NCBI GenBank assembly: GCA_964343245.1
Contig: CAYFIU010000010.1
Span: 1-18,061, forward strand
Direction of reading: 5' to 3'
Length of the DNA: 18,061 nucleotides
From: Candidatus Woesearchaeota archaeon
GTDB lineage: Archaea; Nanobdellota; Nanobdellia; SCGC-AAA011-G17; GW2011-AR17
The notes beneath the pieces were generated by a model. The model was not told the origin of the DNA. It saw only the letters and a program-made list of their open reading frames with translations, and searched no databases. Below are positions 1 through 8,562 of this stretch, in pieces. The position numbers and the translations under genes are program-made. The stretch's first letter is position 1; each line of letters starts with the position of its first letter.

Positions 1-135
1 GACGCAGGAAAATTCCTAGACACTTTTAATGATAAATTTGATTCTTTCTTAGGCGGTGGCCACGAAAAAGCAGGTGGTTTCACAATAGAAGAAAATGAAT
101 TTCCTCAACTTATAGAAATGTTAAAGGACTTTTGA
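1..135 (+). CDS. 3' end of a DHH/DHHA1-family phosphoesterase (RecJ-like/NrnA-like), partial
   Basis: Frame 1 reads DAGKFLDTFNDKFDSFLGGGHEKAGGFTIEENEFPQLIEMLKDF then TGA at 133-135. GGGH-x2-AGG is the characteristic DHHA1 C-terminal motif. The gene is truncated by the window edge. Confidence 0.6.
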   Translation, partial: DAGKFLDTFNDKFDSFLGGGHEKAGGFTIEENEFPQLIEMLKDF

Positions 136-1005
136 TTTTTTCTTGTTTATGAAAGCATGGCTTAACATATCTTTGTTATAACCACCAGGGACTTTGCCAT
201 TAGCTGCATATTCATACAAAGCAGTGTTAAAAATACTATTAGCAACACCAAATACCATTCCAATCAATATCACTAGGATTACAGTAATCATAATCAAAAC
301 AATTAAAGCAATAAAATTTCCAGTGAGAAACATCAGGAATCCTACAATACAAGCAGGCACTATAATAGCCATTGAAATCGCACCTTGTATAGCACCTAAT
401 CCAAAATGCCTAACTAAACTTTCGCCCCATGTTTTCTTCAAAACTTGAATTGACTTTTTTATAGCATCAAAAGGAGTCAAGTTGTCATACACCATTGCAG
501 GTACAACAAAGATTGTAACTATTGCCCAAGCCATACCAAGTACTCCTCGCAAAATATGCAACACAATCGCACCAACACCTTTACTTTTTCTAGCCATGTT
601 TTCCAACCCTCTTAATAAGATACCTACAGTTGCAGCTAGAAGGCTCCACATAGCAATCAAATGAATCTTAGACAGAGCAAACCCTAAAGTTTCCATAAAC
701 TTTGCATCACCACCAGCAAACCTTTTCTTTGCAGTGTACACAACACACACATTGAAAAAAGTTGCAATGAAAGCTAATCCAAAATAAATTACGAAAAATG
801 CTAGATACTCAAAAAATCCAAAAATTTGCACTTGGCCAGCTAAAATACTAGCAATCAATGTTGGAACTAATAAAACTAGGATAAACAATAAAGAGAATAC
901 AGAAGCTAGAATTGGATACCAGATCAACTCTTTATCCTCTTTCATCACATGAAAGGTTGTTTTGGTTATTTCCCAACTATTACTAAAAACTTCTTTAATA
1001 CCCAT
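121..1005 (-). CDS. Polytopic integral membrane protein of unknown function
   Basis: The ORF contains at least six long hydrophobic stretches, for example YPILASVFSLLFILVLLVPTLIASILAG and FIALIVLIMITVILVILIGMVFGV. The track ORF start at 1017 is TTG. In-frame ATGs occur at 1011 and 1005. A minus-strand TATA-like box (TTTTAAATA, plus coordinates 1029-1037) lies 23 nt from the ATG at 1005, so that start is preferred. Confidence 0.7.
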   Translation of the reverse strand: MGIKEVFSNSWEITKTTFHVMKEDKELIWYPILASVFSLLFILVLLVPTLIASILAGQVQIFGFFEYLAFFVIYFGLAFIATFFNVCVVYTAKKRFAGGDAKFMETLGFALSKIHLIAMWSLLAATVGILLRGLENMARKSKGVGAIVLHILRGVLGMAWAIVTIFVVPAMVYDNLTPFDAIKKSIQVLKKTWGESLVRHFGLGAIQGAISMAIIVPACIVGFLMFLTGNFIALIVLIMITVILVILIGMVFGVANSIFNTALYEYAANGKVPGGYNKDMLSHAFINKKKSKVL

Positions 1006-1079
1006 ACACATTTTCAAGATTATATCTTATTTAAAACTTTCCAATACTTTTATAAACAACTTATGAATTTTTTTATAGT

Positions 1080-1403
1080 ATGACAACTGAACTAAGGTTC
1101 CCTGTTACAAGAGGAACATTTATATGGTATGGGCAACAAGTTGAAGTTACAGCAAGATGCCCTGAAATAGATCCATCTTTTACATCTATAGATCGTCTAA
1201 GAGGTATACCAGCATTAGCAGGAACATCTCATAGGCATATAGTAGTATTAGGTTACATGGGGCCATATATTGTTGAAGATTCTAGAGGTGAAAGAATTCT
1301 CCAAAGAAGAAATTATTCAGGCCGTCAAGTAAATGCTTTAGAAAGAGAGGTTGGATTTTTTAGCGCAGTTTATAGAGTTCTCAAAGGTTGGCCAAAAAAG
1401 TAA
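1080..1403 (+). CDS. Hypothetical protein, 107 aa, Arg/Gly-rich
   Basis: ATG-initiated ORF. A TTTATAAA box at 1049-1056 ends 23 nt before the ATG, which matches the leaderless geometry of other genes here. No family recognised. Confidence 0.55.
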   Translation: MTTELRFPVTRGTFIWYGQQVEVTARCPEIDPSFTSIDRLRGIPALAGTSHRHIVVLGYMGPYIVEDSRGERILQRRNYSGRQVNALEREVGFFSAVYRVLKGWPKK

Positions 1404-1426
1404 TTCTAAATAAAAGGTAAAAAGAA

Positions 1427-2569
1427 TTAAAGCCTTCTAAGATGCAAAACAGCACCACCAATGAAAAGCACTGCAACAATTACGCTAAGCAACACTAACC
1501 AAAGGTTACTTTGTTCATCAACATCAACACTGAAAACTCTTTGTTCAACAAGGCCATCAGCTGAACTAACTTCTACAAGAACTTCCTGAAAACCTTCTTG
1601 CTCAGGAGTGATTGTAAACATCAACTCACCAGTCCTACCTTCTGAAACAGTAACAGAATCAGTGTAATCAATTTCATCCATACCATAGACAAACAAGTTA
1701 AACTCTTTAGACTCATCACCTAAGTTAGTCACTTGAACTTTAAACTCAGACTCTTGCCCAACTTGCAATCCACTAACTGAAGAAACTGAAATTATTGCAT
1801 CAAAATCATAAACAGTTGAATTACCTTCAACTCTTAACCATGAACTTTTCTCAACAGTTGTATAACCATTATCATACTCAACAAGAACATTAACTTCATA
1901 GTCACCTGACAAATCAGAAGGAACTACTAGGTATAGTGTCTCTGTTGACAGTTCGTCATCAGTCTCACTATCTTTAGCACCTAGTTCTTCCAAGTAGGCA
2001 GTACTTGAAACTCCATCCAATGAAACAGTAACTCTAATATCCTTTTCAAGATTCTCTCCAAGGTTCTCTAATCTGACTTTTACTCCTAAGTAATCTCCTG
2101 GTTCAACACTAGTTGAACTCAAAAGAACTTCTTTGATATCAACACTATGCCTTGGCTCTTCCATGTACAAGTCATATGAAACCATTTCAGTTGACTCATC
2201 ATCATAAACCTCAACATACAATGTGTAAGTATTATCTTCAACTTGTAAATCGCTTGGGATTTCTAGGTATAAATATTTTCTATAAGTTACACCATCTTCA
2301 ATGTCAAACATTTCAGTGGCATATTCAACACTACCATACTCATAACCACCCATCCAAACCCTAATATTGACATCTTCAGTCTCACCAAGACCTTCTAAGT
2401 CAACCACAATCTGAGCTGTAGTGCCTAATTCAACTTGAACTTGCCTATCAGTTGCTTCAATTCCATTAACATAAACATTTGTAATCTCATAGTTTGTAGA
2501 ATCAGCCACAACTAGGCTACTAAATAGCACAAAAGCCATTAGTATTGTTAATATCAATTTTTTCATCAT
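1427..2569 (-). CDS. Secreted, C-terminally membrane-anchored surface protein with CARDB-like beta-sandwich repeats (S-layer-like)
   Basis: N-terminal signal peptide MMKKLILTILMAFVLFSSLVVADS. C-terminal TM segment plus basic tail LWLVLLSVIVAVLFIGGAVLHLRRL. Acidic beta-rich modules repeat, with patterns such as LENLGENLEKDIRVTV and VPSDLSGDYEVNVLVEY. An AGAGGT SD-like site precedes ATGATG. Confidence 0.8.
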   Translation of the reverse strand: MMKKLILTILMAFVLFSSLVVADSTNYEITNVYVNGIEATDRQVQVELGTTAQIVVDLEGLGETEDVNIRVWMGGYEYGSVEYATEMFDIEDGVTYRKYLYLEIPSDLQVEDNTYTLYVEVYDDESTEMVSYDLYMEEPRHSVDIKEVLLSSTSVEPGDYLGVKVRLENLGENLEKDIRVTVSLDGVSSTAYLEELGAKDSETDDELSTETLYLVVPSDLSGDYEVNVLVEYDNGYTTVEKSSWLRVEGNSTVYDFDAIISVSSVSGLQVGQESEFKVQVTNLGDESKEFNLFVYGMDEIDYTDSVTVSEGRTGELMFTITPEQEGFQEVLVEVSSADGLVEQRVFSVDVDEQSNLWLVLLSVIVAVLFIGGAVLHLRRL

Positions 2570-2650
2570 TTTTGAACCTCTTTGAATGATATTCTAGCGC
2601 ATCTAATCATATATAAAGCTTTCTATTTGTTACTACTTCTCAAGAACAAA

Positions 2651-3205
2651 CTATTTTTGTTTAAGATCTAAATTTCCATAAATTTTGGGGCCTACCCCTG
2701 TTAAACAAACAGCCCTTATTTTGCCATATCTAGGGTATATTTCCAATCTAGTCCAGCCATCATCACCACAAACAGGTACATCAGGACTAGGCCAAGAATA
2801 TCGGATATCCAGAACAAGCCTTTCAGGATGTTCCAAATGATCTCCAAAATCAAAGCTGATACTATCCCAGCCAGTAATGCCATTTGCAGCTAACATCTCT
2901 GTATAAAGAGGAATTAACCTATTATTTCTATCTAATATATGTTGCTCAATCTCACCCAGCTCTTCAGCTTTATTATAATAATCAATCAAAGGTGCATATC
3001 TTTGTATAAGCCTAGAAATTCTGGGGAAAAAAGGTTCTGGATCAGGCTCAATACCATCACTAGCAAGTTCAGCCTTAGGTTTAAAACTAGCAGGTGTAAG
3101 ATCATCAAAAGGTTCTGGGTGAACAAGGTTTCTAACAAGTGCACATCCCGTTTGGCTAGCTAAAGCCACTGTTAACAAGCTTGCAGCAATTCTATTCCTC
3201 AACAT
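2651..3205 (-). CDS. Secreted or lipoprotein-like protein, paralog A of a tandem pair, unknown family
   Basis: Signal-like N-terminus MLRNRIAASLLTVALASQTGC, with the Cys at a lipobox-like position (imperfect lipobox). Alignable with the adjacent 170-aa ORF: FFPRISRLIQRY vs YFGRISDVIFRY, DHLEHPERLVLDI vs DHLLHTERLLVDV, RLEIYPRYGKIRAVC vs RLVIYPVDEAIEVYC. Confidence 0.7.
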   Translation of the reverse strand: MLRNRIAASLLTVALASQTGCALVRNLVHPEPFDDLTPASFKPKAELASDGIEPDPEPFFPRISRLIQRYAPLIDYYNKAEELGEIEQHILDRNNRLIPLYTEMLAANGITGWDSISFDFGDHLEHPERLVLDIRYSWPSPDVPVCGDDGWTRLEIYPRYGKIRAVCLTGVGPKIYGNLDLKQK

Positions 3206-3241
3206 GGAACAAAAAAATCTTTTCTGCCTTTTTAATAATTA

Positions 3242-3754
3242 TTATGGTGTAATAAGATGTAAAACACCAGCAGGAATAATTGATTTCCTTGCAGTTGGGC
3301 AATAAACTTCAATAGCTTCGTCAACAGGATAAATTACTAATCTAACTCTGCCTCTAACAGGACAACCATGATAAACATCTCCAGGCTCTTCTTGGTGCAC
3401 ATCAACAAGCAACCTTTCAGTGTGCAAGAGATGATCTTGACACTGCAAAACAAGGCCCCCACTAATATTAATTTCATTACTAATAAGATATTCTTTAATT
3501 ATAGGAACAATTTCAGCTTCAAGATCTTGCCTAGCCAGCTTTACTTTTTCAAAATCTCTATTTACACGATGCTCTATTATCTGTCCAGAATAACGAAATA
3601 TAACATCACTTATTCTTCCAAAGTAGGTTTGTGGTTCTTCAACAATTAAAGCTGATCCGTCCTCAGGCCTTTCACTGGTTTTTAGCATACCTCCAGCAAT
3701 AGAGGGTGCTAACAAACTCAAGCCTAAAACAATTGCAGTTAAACCCTTTCTCAT
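3242..3754 (-). CDS. Secreted protein, paralog B of the tandem pair, unknown family
   Basis: Signal peptide MRKGLTAIVLGLSLLAPSIAGG. Shares the blocks listed for 2651-3205, including two conserved Cys. A TTTTATATA box on the minus strand ends about 21 nt upstream of the ATG. Confidence 0.7.
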   Translation of the reverse strand: MRKGLTAIVLGLSLLAPSIAGGMLKTSERPEDGSALIVEEPQTYFGRISDVIFRYSGQIIEHRVNRDFEKVKLARQDLEAEIVPIIKEYLISNEINISGGLVLQCQDHLLHTERLLVDVHQEEPGDVYHGCPVRGRVRLVIYPVDEAIEVYCPTARKSIIPAGVLHLITP

Positions 3755-3802
3755 AGTTTCATCAAACCTAGTACTTGTATATAAAAGTTAAGAAAAAAAT
3801 AA

Positions 3803-4036
3803 TTATAAAAATTCTTTAGCTTTTTCCATTAAAGGCAAAACAGCTTCTACTTCTTCTTTAAGCATTCTACCTAATTTAGCAAAACTGTATTCACCAGCAG
3901 CATTTCTATTCTCTCTAGACAACTGCAACTTTGGTGTACCGTCATTATAAGCAAAAACTCCAACTGTAATCTTTGAGCTCTCAAACTCAACACTCTCTGA
4001 AAACAAATTCTTGTCCAAACTCTTGTCAAATGGCAT
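3803..4036 (-). CDS. Small PC4/YdbC-like (ssDNA-binding fold) protein, tentative
   Basis: The pattern AYNDGTPKLQLSRENRNAAGEYSFAKLGRMLKEEVEAVL resembles bacterial YdbC/PC4-like proteins (WNDAEPKYDIR...KGITLSEEEF). The track start at 4069 is TTG. The ATG at 4036 (MPFDKS...) has a CTAAATA box ending 20 nt upstream, so it is preferred. Confidence 0.5.
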   Translation of the reverse strand: MPFDKSLDKNLFSESVEFESSKITVGVFAYNDGTPKLQLSRENRNAAGEYSFAKLGRMLKEEVEAVLPLMEKAKEFL

Positions 4037-4108
4037 TTCTATCAACTCCCTATAGTTATTTAGAATCAAGAATTATTTGGTCTTTAAAAAACTTGTTAAA
4101 ATAAAAAA

Positions 4109-6172
4109 TTAAAAAATAGAGTTTAAAAACTCTTCTACATTATCCCAAAATGTCTTAACAATTGGTTCATGAACTTCATATTCAATAACATCAACCATAC
4201 TCTGTACATCTAAGTTGAAAACTCTTTCTTCATAGGTATCATCACTTTCAACAATAACTTTCAAACCATATCTGCCTGATTCCATGTCATCTGGAATTTC
4301 AATAGTGTATAGTGCAGTTTCACTGTCACTTCTATCCAAGTCAGGGAAAGCAGCATAACTATGTTCATCATCAAAGATGAAAGTTACCAAGATGTCTCTT
4401 GCATCAAAACTGTTTCTATTTTCCATTGTCATTGATAATACAATTTCATTATCAAGAGCAACATTTGAGAGTTGACCATTTGAGTATCTGTAGTTGCCTG
4501 AAACAGCAACATTAGCATCAAAGTTGTACCATGAAGCTAAGTCAGCAGCATTCATAACAAACATGTTTGTTACTCCAAGCATGTCACCTTCATAGTTACC
4601 AATTCCACTATGTGGGACTTCACAGGTTAACACATCATCAACTTTGATCTCAACAACTTGTGACACAACATACTCGCCATCTGAGATAGACACAGTCAAG
4701 TAATATCTACCTGCATCATCACACTCAGTTTGCCATGACCAAACATTGCCATTAACTGAACCATCTTCTAAACCTTCAAAAGTGTAAGTGATTGCATCTC
4801 CATCAACATCCCATGCATTAACTTCAATTTCAATGAACTCACCTTCATCAACATGAACATCTAAAATTTCATCCATTTCTGGAGGATTGTTAGTTACAAC
4901 ATAATCATCTAACACTTCAAAGTCAATTGTAACAGTTTGATCACACAAAACATCGCCATCACTCACAACCACTTCAATGCTGTATAAATCAGCATCTCCT
5001 TCAGCAGTTTGCCATGTAAAGATATTATCTTGAGTTGTTCCAACACTGTTAGTCCAGGTGTAAGTCAAAGGATCTCCATCTGCATCTAGTGCATCGATTT
5101 CAAATTCAACAAGATCAGTTTCATAGTATGTTCCAACTGTTACTGGCTGAACAACAGGACAATTATTCACTGGTCCAATAGTCTCTAACACTTCAAATGT
5201 TATTGTAACAGTTTGATCACACAGAACATCACCATCACTCACAACCACTTCTATGGTATAAGTCCCAGCATCTCCCACAGCTGTTTGCCATGTGAATGTA
5301 TTACCCTGAGTTGTCCCAACACTGTTTGTCCAAGTGTAAGTTAAAGGATCAAGATCTGGGTCAATAGCACCAACTGGAAGTGTTATAAGATCGCCTTCAT
5401 AGTATGTTCCAGGAACTGGTGCTGTAACAATAGGACAGTTATTTGTAACAACAGGAACATCATTAACTGTAACATAAACTGGAACCATTGTAATGGATTC
5501 ACCATCATCAATCTCAACCCAGTCAGTATAAACACCAGCATCATTACTATCAGTTAGCCAGTAGTATTCAGTAGTACCTGCAACCACATTTGATGTGCTT
5601 TCACCATCAAAACCAGATTGTCCATTCACTTCAATATCTAATGAATCACCATCAGCATCATAAATGTAAACAGTGTCATCATCACCAAACAAGCTAGCTA
5701 GATATTTAACAAGAAAATCAGCACTGCTACTAAGGACTTCAATCCTCATCTCAGCTGTGTCGCCTTCATCAACTTCAATTCTAGCACCTAAAGCCAAAGG
5801 AGCTTCATTTTGAGTTACTTGGCCTTCTAAAATTTCAACAGTTTCACTACCAATTTCTATTTCAATATAGGGAGGATATCCACCTGTATATTGTTCATAA
5901 GAAACAGTACAAGTCCAATCATCACCTGCACTCAGATATGAATCATCTACAGTTGCAGTGTTAATTCCTTGTTCATTACTATTCTTCTCCCAAGTATAAA
6001 TAGGCAAATTATTCCCTAAGTCAAAATCATAAAGACATTCAATGTCTTGATTATCGTAAGCCGGATCTGGCAAAATACTTACACCATCTCCATTACTATC
6101 TACAGCAGACACGCTAGCAAATAGTAAAAATACAAATAATACAAATATTGTTCCGATTGTTATTTTTTTCAT
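4109..6172 (-). CDS. Secreted multi-domain surface protein with cadherin-like repeats and a CARDB-like C-terminal region (putative adhesin)
   Basis: Signal peptide MKKITIGTIFVLFVFLLFASVSA. Three tandem modules of about 92 aa carry Ca-binding-type motifs AIDPDLDPLTYTW, ALDADGDPLTYTW and AWDVDGDAITYTF. An upstream related module carries IYDADGDSLDIEV. No C-terminal TM segment. It begins 16 nt after the preceding ORF ends, with a GAGGAG SD-like site, so it is probably co-transcribed. Confidence 0.85.
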   Translation of the reverse strand: MKKITIGTIFVLFVFLLFASVSAVDSNGDGVSILPDPAYDNQDIECLYDFDLGNNLPIYTWEKNSNEQGINTATVDDSYLSAGDDWTCTVSYEQYTGGYPPYIEIEIGSETVEILEGQVTQNEAPLALGARIEVDEGDTAEMRIEVLSSSADFLVKYLASLFGDDDTVYIYDADGDSLDIEVNGQSGFDGESTSNVVAGTTEYYWLTDSNDAGVYTDWVEIDDGESITMVPVYVTVNDVPVVTNNCPIVTAPVPGTYYEGDLITLPVGAIDPDLDPLTYTWTNSVGTTQGNTFTWQTAVGDAGTYTIEVVVSDGDVLCDQTVTITFEVLETIGPVNNCPVVQPVTVGTYYETDLVEFEIDALDADGDPLTYTWTNSVGTTQDNIFTWQTAEGDADLYSIEVVVSDGDVLCDQTVTIDFEVLDDYVVTNNPPEMDEILDVHVDEGEFIEIEVNAWDVDGDAITYTFEGLEDGSVNGNVWSWQTECDDAGRYYLTVSISDGEYVVSQVVEIKVDDVLTCEVPHSGIGNYEGDMLGVTNMFVMNAADLASWYNFDANVAVSGNYRYSNGQLSNVALDNEIVLSMTMENRNSFDARDILVTFIFDDEHSYAAFPDLDRSDSETALYTIEIPDDMESGRYGLKVIVESDDTYEERVFNLDVQSMVDVIEYEVHEPIVKTFWDNVEEFLNSIF
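4634..5443 (-). repeat. Three tandem ~276-nt (~92-codon) intragenic repeats encoding cadherin-like domains
   Basis: Copies 1 and 2 are visibly similar at DNA level. Compare 4921-5160 with 5207-5445, for example aacagtttgatcacaca[a/g]aacatc[g/a]ccatcactcacaaccacttc. Copy 3 is conserved at protein level only. Confidence 0.8.
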
Positions 6173-6188
6173 TTTTGACTACTCCTCA

Positions 6189-8432
6189 TCACCTTCCCCA
6201 AGTCCAGGTTGATCGTAAATGTAATTCTCCATTACCTAAAGCACCACCTTTCATGTCAACTGGTGCATCACTAACCATATATAGATCTAAAGGTGCAAAT
6301 GATCCACCCAATTCAATCCTCCAAGCCCTTCCTTTAACTGGTGGTACAAGTGCAAGATCTGCCCCAACACTTAATCTGTGGCCTACTCCATTTTGTTCTG
6401 GAACATTACCATCAGCTGCTATAGTTGTACCTTCACCTTGATACTCTGCATAAGGCATAAAGACAATTCCAGGATGATCTTCTGTAAGAGTTATCCCTAA
6501 AGCTTCCATTTCACCTGGTTCTCTACCAAATTCAAAACCTAATCTTACATTTCCTAAGTGAGTAAGAGAGTTTGAATTAGCACCAAAATCACCAAAAGTT
6601 GTACTAACATCAACTGTCTGTGCTTGTGGTAACCTTGAGTATCTTCCTGCTACCTGTAATGCAACCTCAGGGTGTAAGAAAACCATAACATTAGCTCCAG
6701 CATATCCACCAAGACCTTCTGCAGAAGTTCTTGAAGTTACATCTTCACTGACCTCTTGTCTACTACCCATCTGATGGTACAAAGCTCCACCTTCAAGGTC
6801 CAGCAAAACTGTATCTCCTAACAAGAATTCTAAGCCTCCACCAAAATCAATATCAGCATTAAATGCTCTACTTCTTTCTAGAGTTCCACCAACGGGAGCA
6901 CCAGCTTTAACTTGTGCTACAAGGTATGGTCTCATACCATTTTCATCATCAAATGCAATATGTCCAGGAGTTAATCCTAGATTAAATAATCCATACAACT
7001 GCATCAATCTATCCCTTTGTTCACCTTCAGGCATCTCTGGATCTGCATAAGTAACAGCCATTCCTTTATTAACAAACTGTAATCCTACTCCGGCACCATT
7101 CCCAGCTCTTGCTAAAACAGCATATGGTCTTGGAAAAGCTCTTGCTGGACCTGTGCCTCTAGGAGGTGCATGGCCTGGAACAAATGTAGGTCCAAAACTA
7201 TGCTCAGTAGGCCCACCACCAACTACATCTGGCTCATCATCGTCATCTCTATGATCATATTGAGGAGCATCAAGTTCCCAGTCTACACTTGAATCATCAT
7301 CATCATCCCCATCAAATCCACCAGCAGCACTGTCATCATCATCTCCATCCAACCAACTTTCATCGTCAGCAGAGTCATCATCATCAGCTGCATTATTAGC
7401 GTCAATTCTTTCTCTAATTAAATCTTCAAGACTTTCATCATCATCATCGTCACCAGTATCATCATCACCTGGTGCATCTGCTATTGCAATTTCACTAGGT
7501 TGTTCATACATACTTAATGGGATCCAAACAGGAGCATATCTACCTTCTGCATCAGAAGCAACTAACTGATCACCAACAAAACCATCTGCTCCACTAAATA
7601 CCTCTCCAGTAAAACAATCTACATTCTCAGTGTCACTCATGTAACCAAAAACTAAATTATTTCCTATTACTTCCCAAAGTGCATCTTGAGGTGTATCTGA
7701 TAATGCTGCTTGAGCAGATCTTACAAACATTGCAGACTGATGCATGATTTCATTTACTCTTGCACCAATTCTAGGATCACATCCACAACCAAAGATTTCG
7801 CTATCTGCTAAACCTAAGCTTTTTCCAGCATGGTACCACACAGTTTGCTTAGCATCACCTGCTTCCTTTGCACGAAGATCAATAAAAGCTCTCCTATAAC
7901 CACTAGGAACAGGCCCCATAAAAGGATTTCCAGCCTCCTCTTGAGCACTAGCTTGAACAGCAGGAGCATTAACTCCAGCAAAAGCAACTAATCCAGCAAC
8001 ACCAGTTCCAACAGCACCAACAGCTCTAGCAGGAGTCATCCCATCTAAAGCAGCTTCTAAACTTTCACCAATTCTAGAAAGCAAACTTTCTCCTGTATTA
8101 GCTTGAGAATCTCTTTGATAAGCAGTTAAACCCTCGTCTCCAACTTCTGTCAAATAAGCTTTAGCCATTTGAAAACCTTCTGCTTTAGCATATACTGTCA
8201 TGTCCTTCAAAGTCGCTCTTTCATCAGGAGTTATAGCTAAATCAACTAAATTAGCTCCAACCTCTCTAACATCTTTATTACCATACGCCAATGCAACAGA
8301 AGCTACATTTCTTATATCTTCGCCATCAGGAGCATACTTTCTAAGCTCTCTAAGAGTAGTATCTTTAACTGCTTTAGCCTCAGCTAGAACAGCCTTTCCT
8401 GCATTTTTTATAGAATTATACATTTTTGTCAT
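6189..8432 (-). CDS. 747-aa mosaic protein of unknown family: helical N-domain, Ala/Gly hydrophobic segment, poly-Asp spacer, beta-strand-rich C-terminal half
   Basis: Long ATG ORF with a GAGGT SD-like site (plus 8443-8447) 10 nt upstream. No N-terminal signal peptide. Hydrophobic segment AVGAVGTGVAGLVAFAGVNAPAV (about 7953-8027). Acidic region at about 7230-7475. The C-terminal ~310 aa show alternating hydrophobic/polar strands rich in Gly and end in STWTWGR. Confidence 0.8.
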   Translation of the reverse strand: MTKMYNSIKNAGKAVLAEAKAVKDTTLRELRKYAPDGEDIRNVASVALAYGNKDVREVGANLVDLAITPDERATLKDMTVYAKAEGFQMAKAYLTEVGDEGLTAYQRDSQANTGESLLSRIGESLEAALDGMTPARAVGAVGTGVAGLVAFAGVNAPAVQASAQEEAGNPFMGPVPSGYRRAFIDLRAKEAGDAKQTVWYHAGKSLGLADSEIFGCGCDPRIGARVNEIMHQSAMFVRSAQAALSDTPQDALWEVIGNNLVFGYMSDTENVDCFTGEVFSGADGFVGDQLVASDAEGRYAPVWIPLSMYEQPSEIAIADAPGDDDTGDDDDDESLEDLIRERIDANNAADDDDSADDESWLDGDDDDSAAGGFDGDDDDDSSVDWELDAPQYDHRDDDDEPDVVGGGPTEHSFGPTFVPGHAPPRGTGPARAFPRPYAVLARAGNGAGVGLQFVNKGMAVTYADPEMPEGEQRDRLMQLYGLFNLGLTPGHIAFDDENGMRPYLVAQVKAGAPVGGTLERSRAFNADIDFGGGLEFLLGDTVLLDLEGGALYHQMGSRQEVSEDVTSRTSAEGLGGYAGANVMVFLHPEVALQVAGRYSRLPQAQTVDVSTTFGDFGANSNSLTHLGNVRLGFEFGREPGEMEALGITLTEDHPGIVFMPYAEYQGEGTTIAADGNVPEQNGVGHRLSVGADLALVPPVKGRAWRIELGGSFAPLDLYMVSDAPVDMKGGALGNGELHLRSTWTWGR

Positions 8433-8482
8433 TTTATTGTCAACCTCGCGAGTATCAATGCTTTCTAGAAAACAACATTCCC

Positions 8483-8490
8483 TTTATAAA
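8483..8490 (-). promoter_or_regulatory. Candidate TATA box (TTTATAAA, palindromic) for the 747-aa/687-aa operon
   Basis: Lies 50 nt upstream of the ATG at 8432. This predicts a leader of about 25 nt that contains the GAGGT SD. It is the only clear TATA-like element between 8433 and 8520 on this strand. Confidence 0.4.
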
Positions 8491-8562
8491 TATTTCCTTT
8501 TGGTCACAACTTCGGAGTGATAGCAACAATTATAAATACTACAAAATTTCCACCATTTCACC

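Noticed and set aside
194-664. Plus-strand ORFs 194-448 and 482-664
   Set aside because: They lie entirely antisense to the well-supported membrane-protein gene. Their translations are low-complexity Ile/Thr/Pro strings typical of shadow frames, with no promoter box or SD.
2152-3649. Plus-strand ORFs 2152-2364, 2939-3163 and 3368-3649
   Set aside because: They are shadow ORFs antisense to the secreted-protein genes, with implausible compositions (His/Gln/Asn/Phe runs) and no start-site signals.
4634-5443. Near-identical intragenic repeats as a possible diversity-generating retroelement template/variable repeat pair (DGRs are known in nano-sized archaea)
   Set aside because: Differences between copies 1 and 2 include many substitution types (a/g, g/a, a/t, c/g) plus divergent blocks, not adenine-specific changes. 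No reverse transcriptase gene is in the window. This is ordinary tandem domain duplication.
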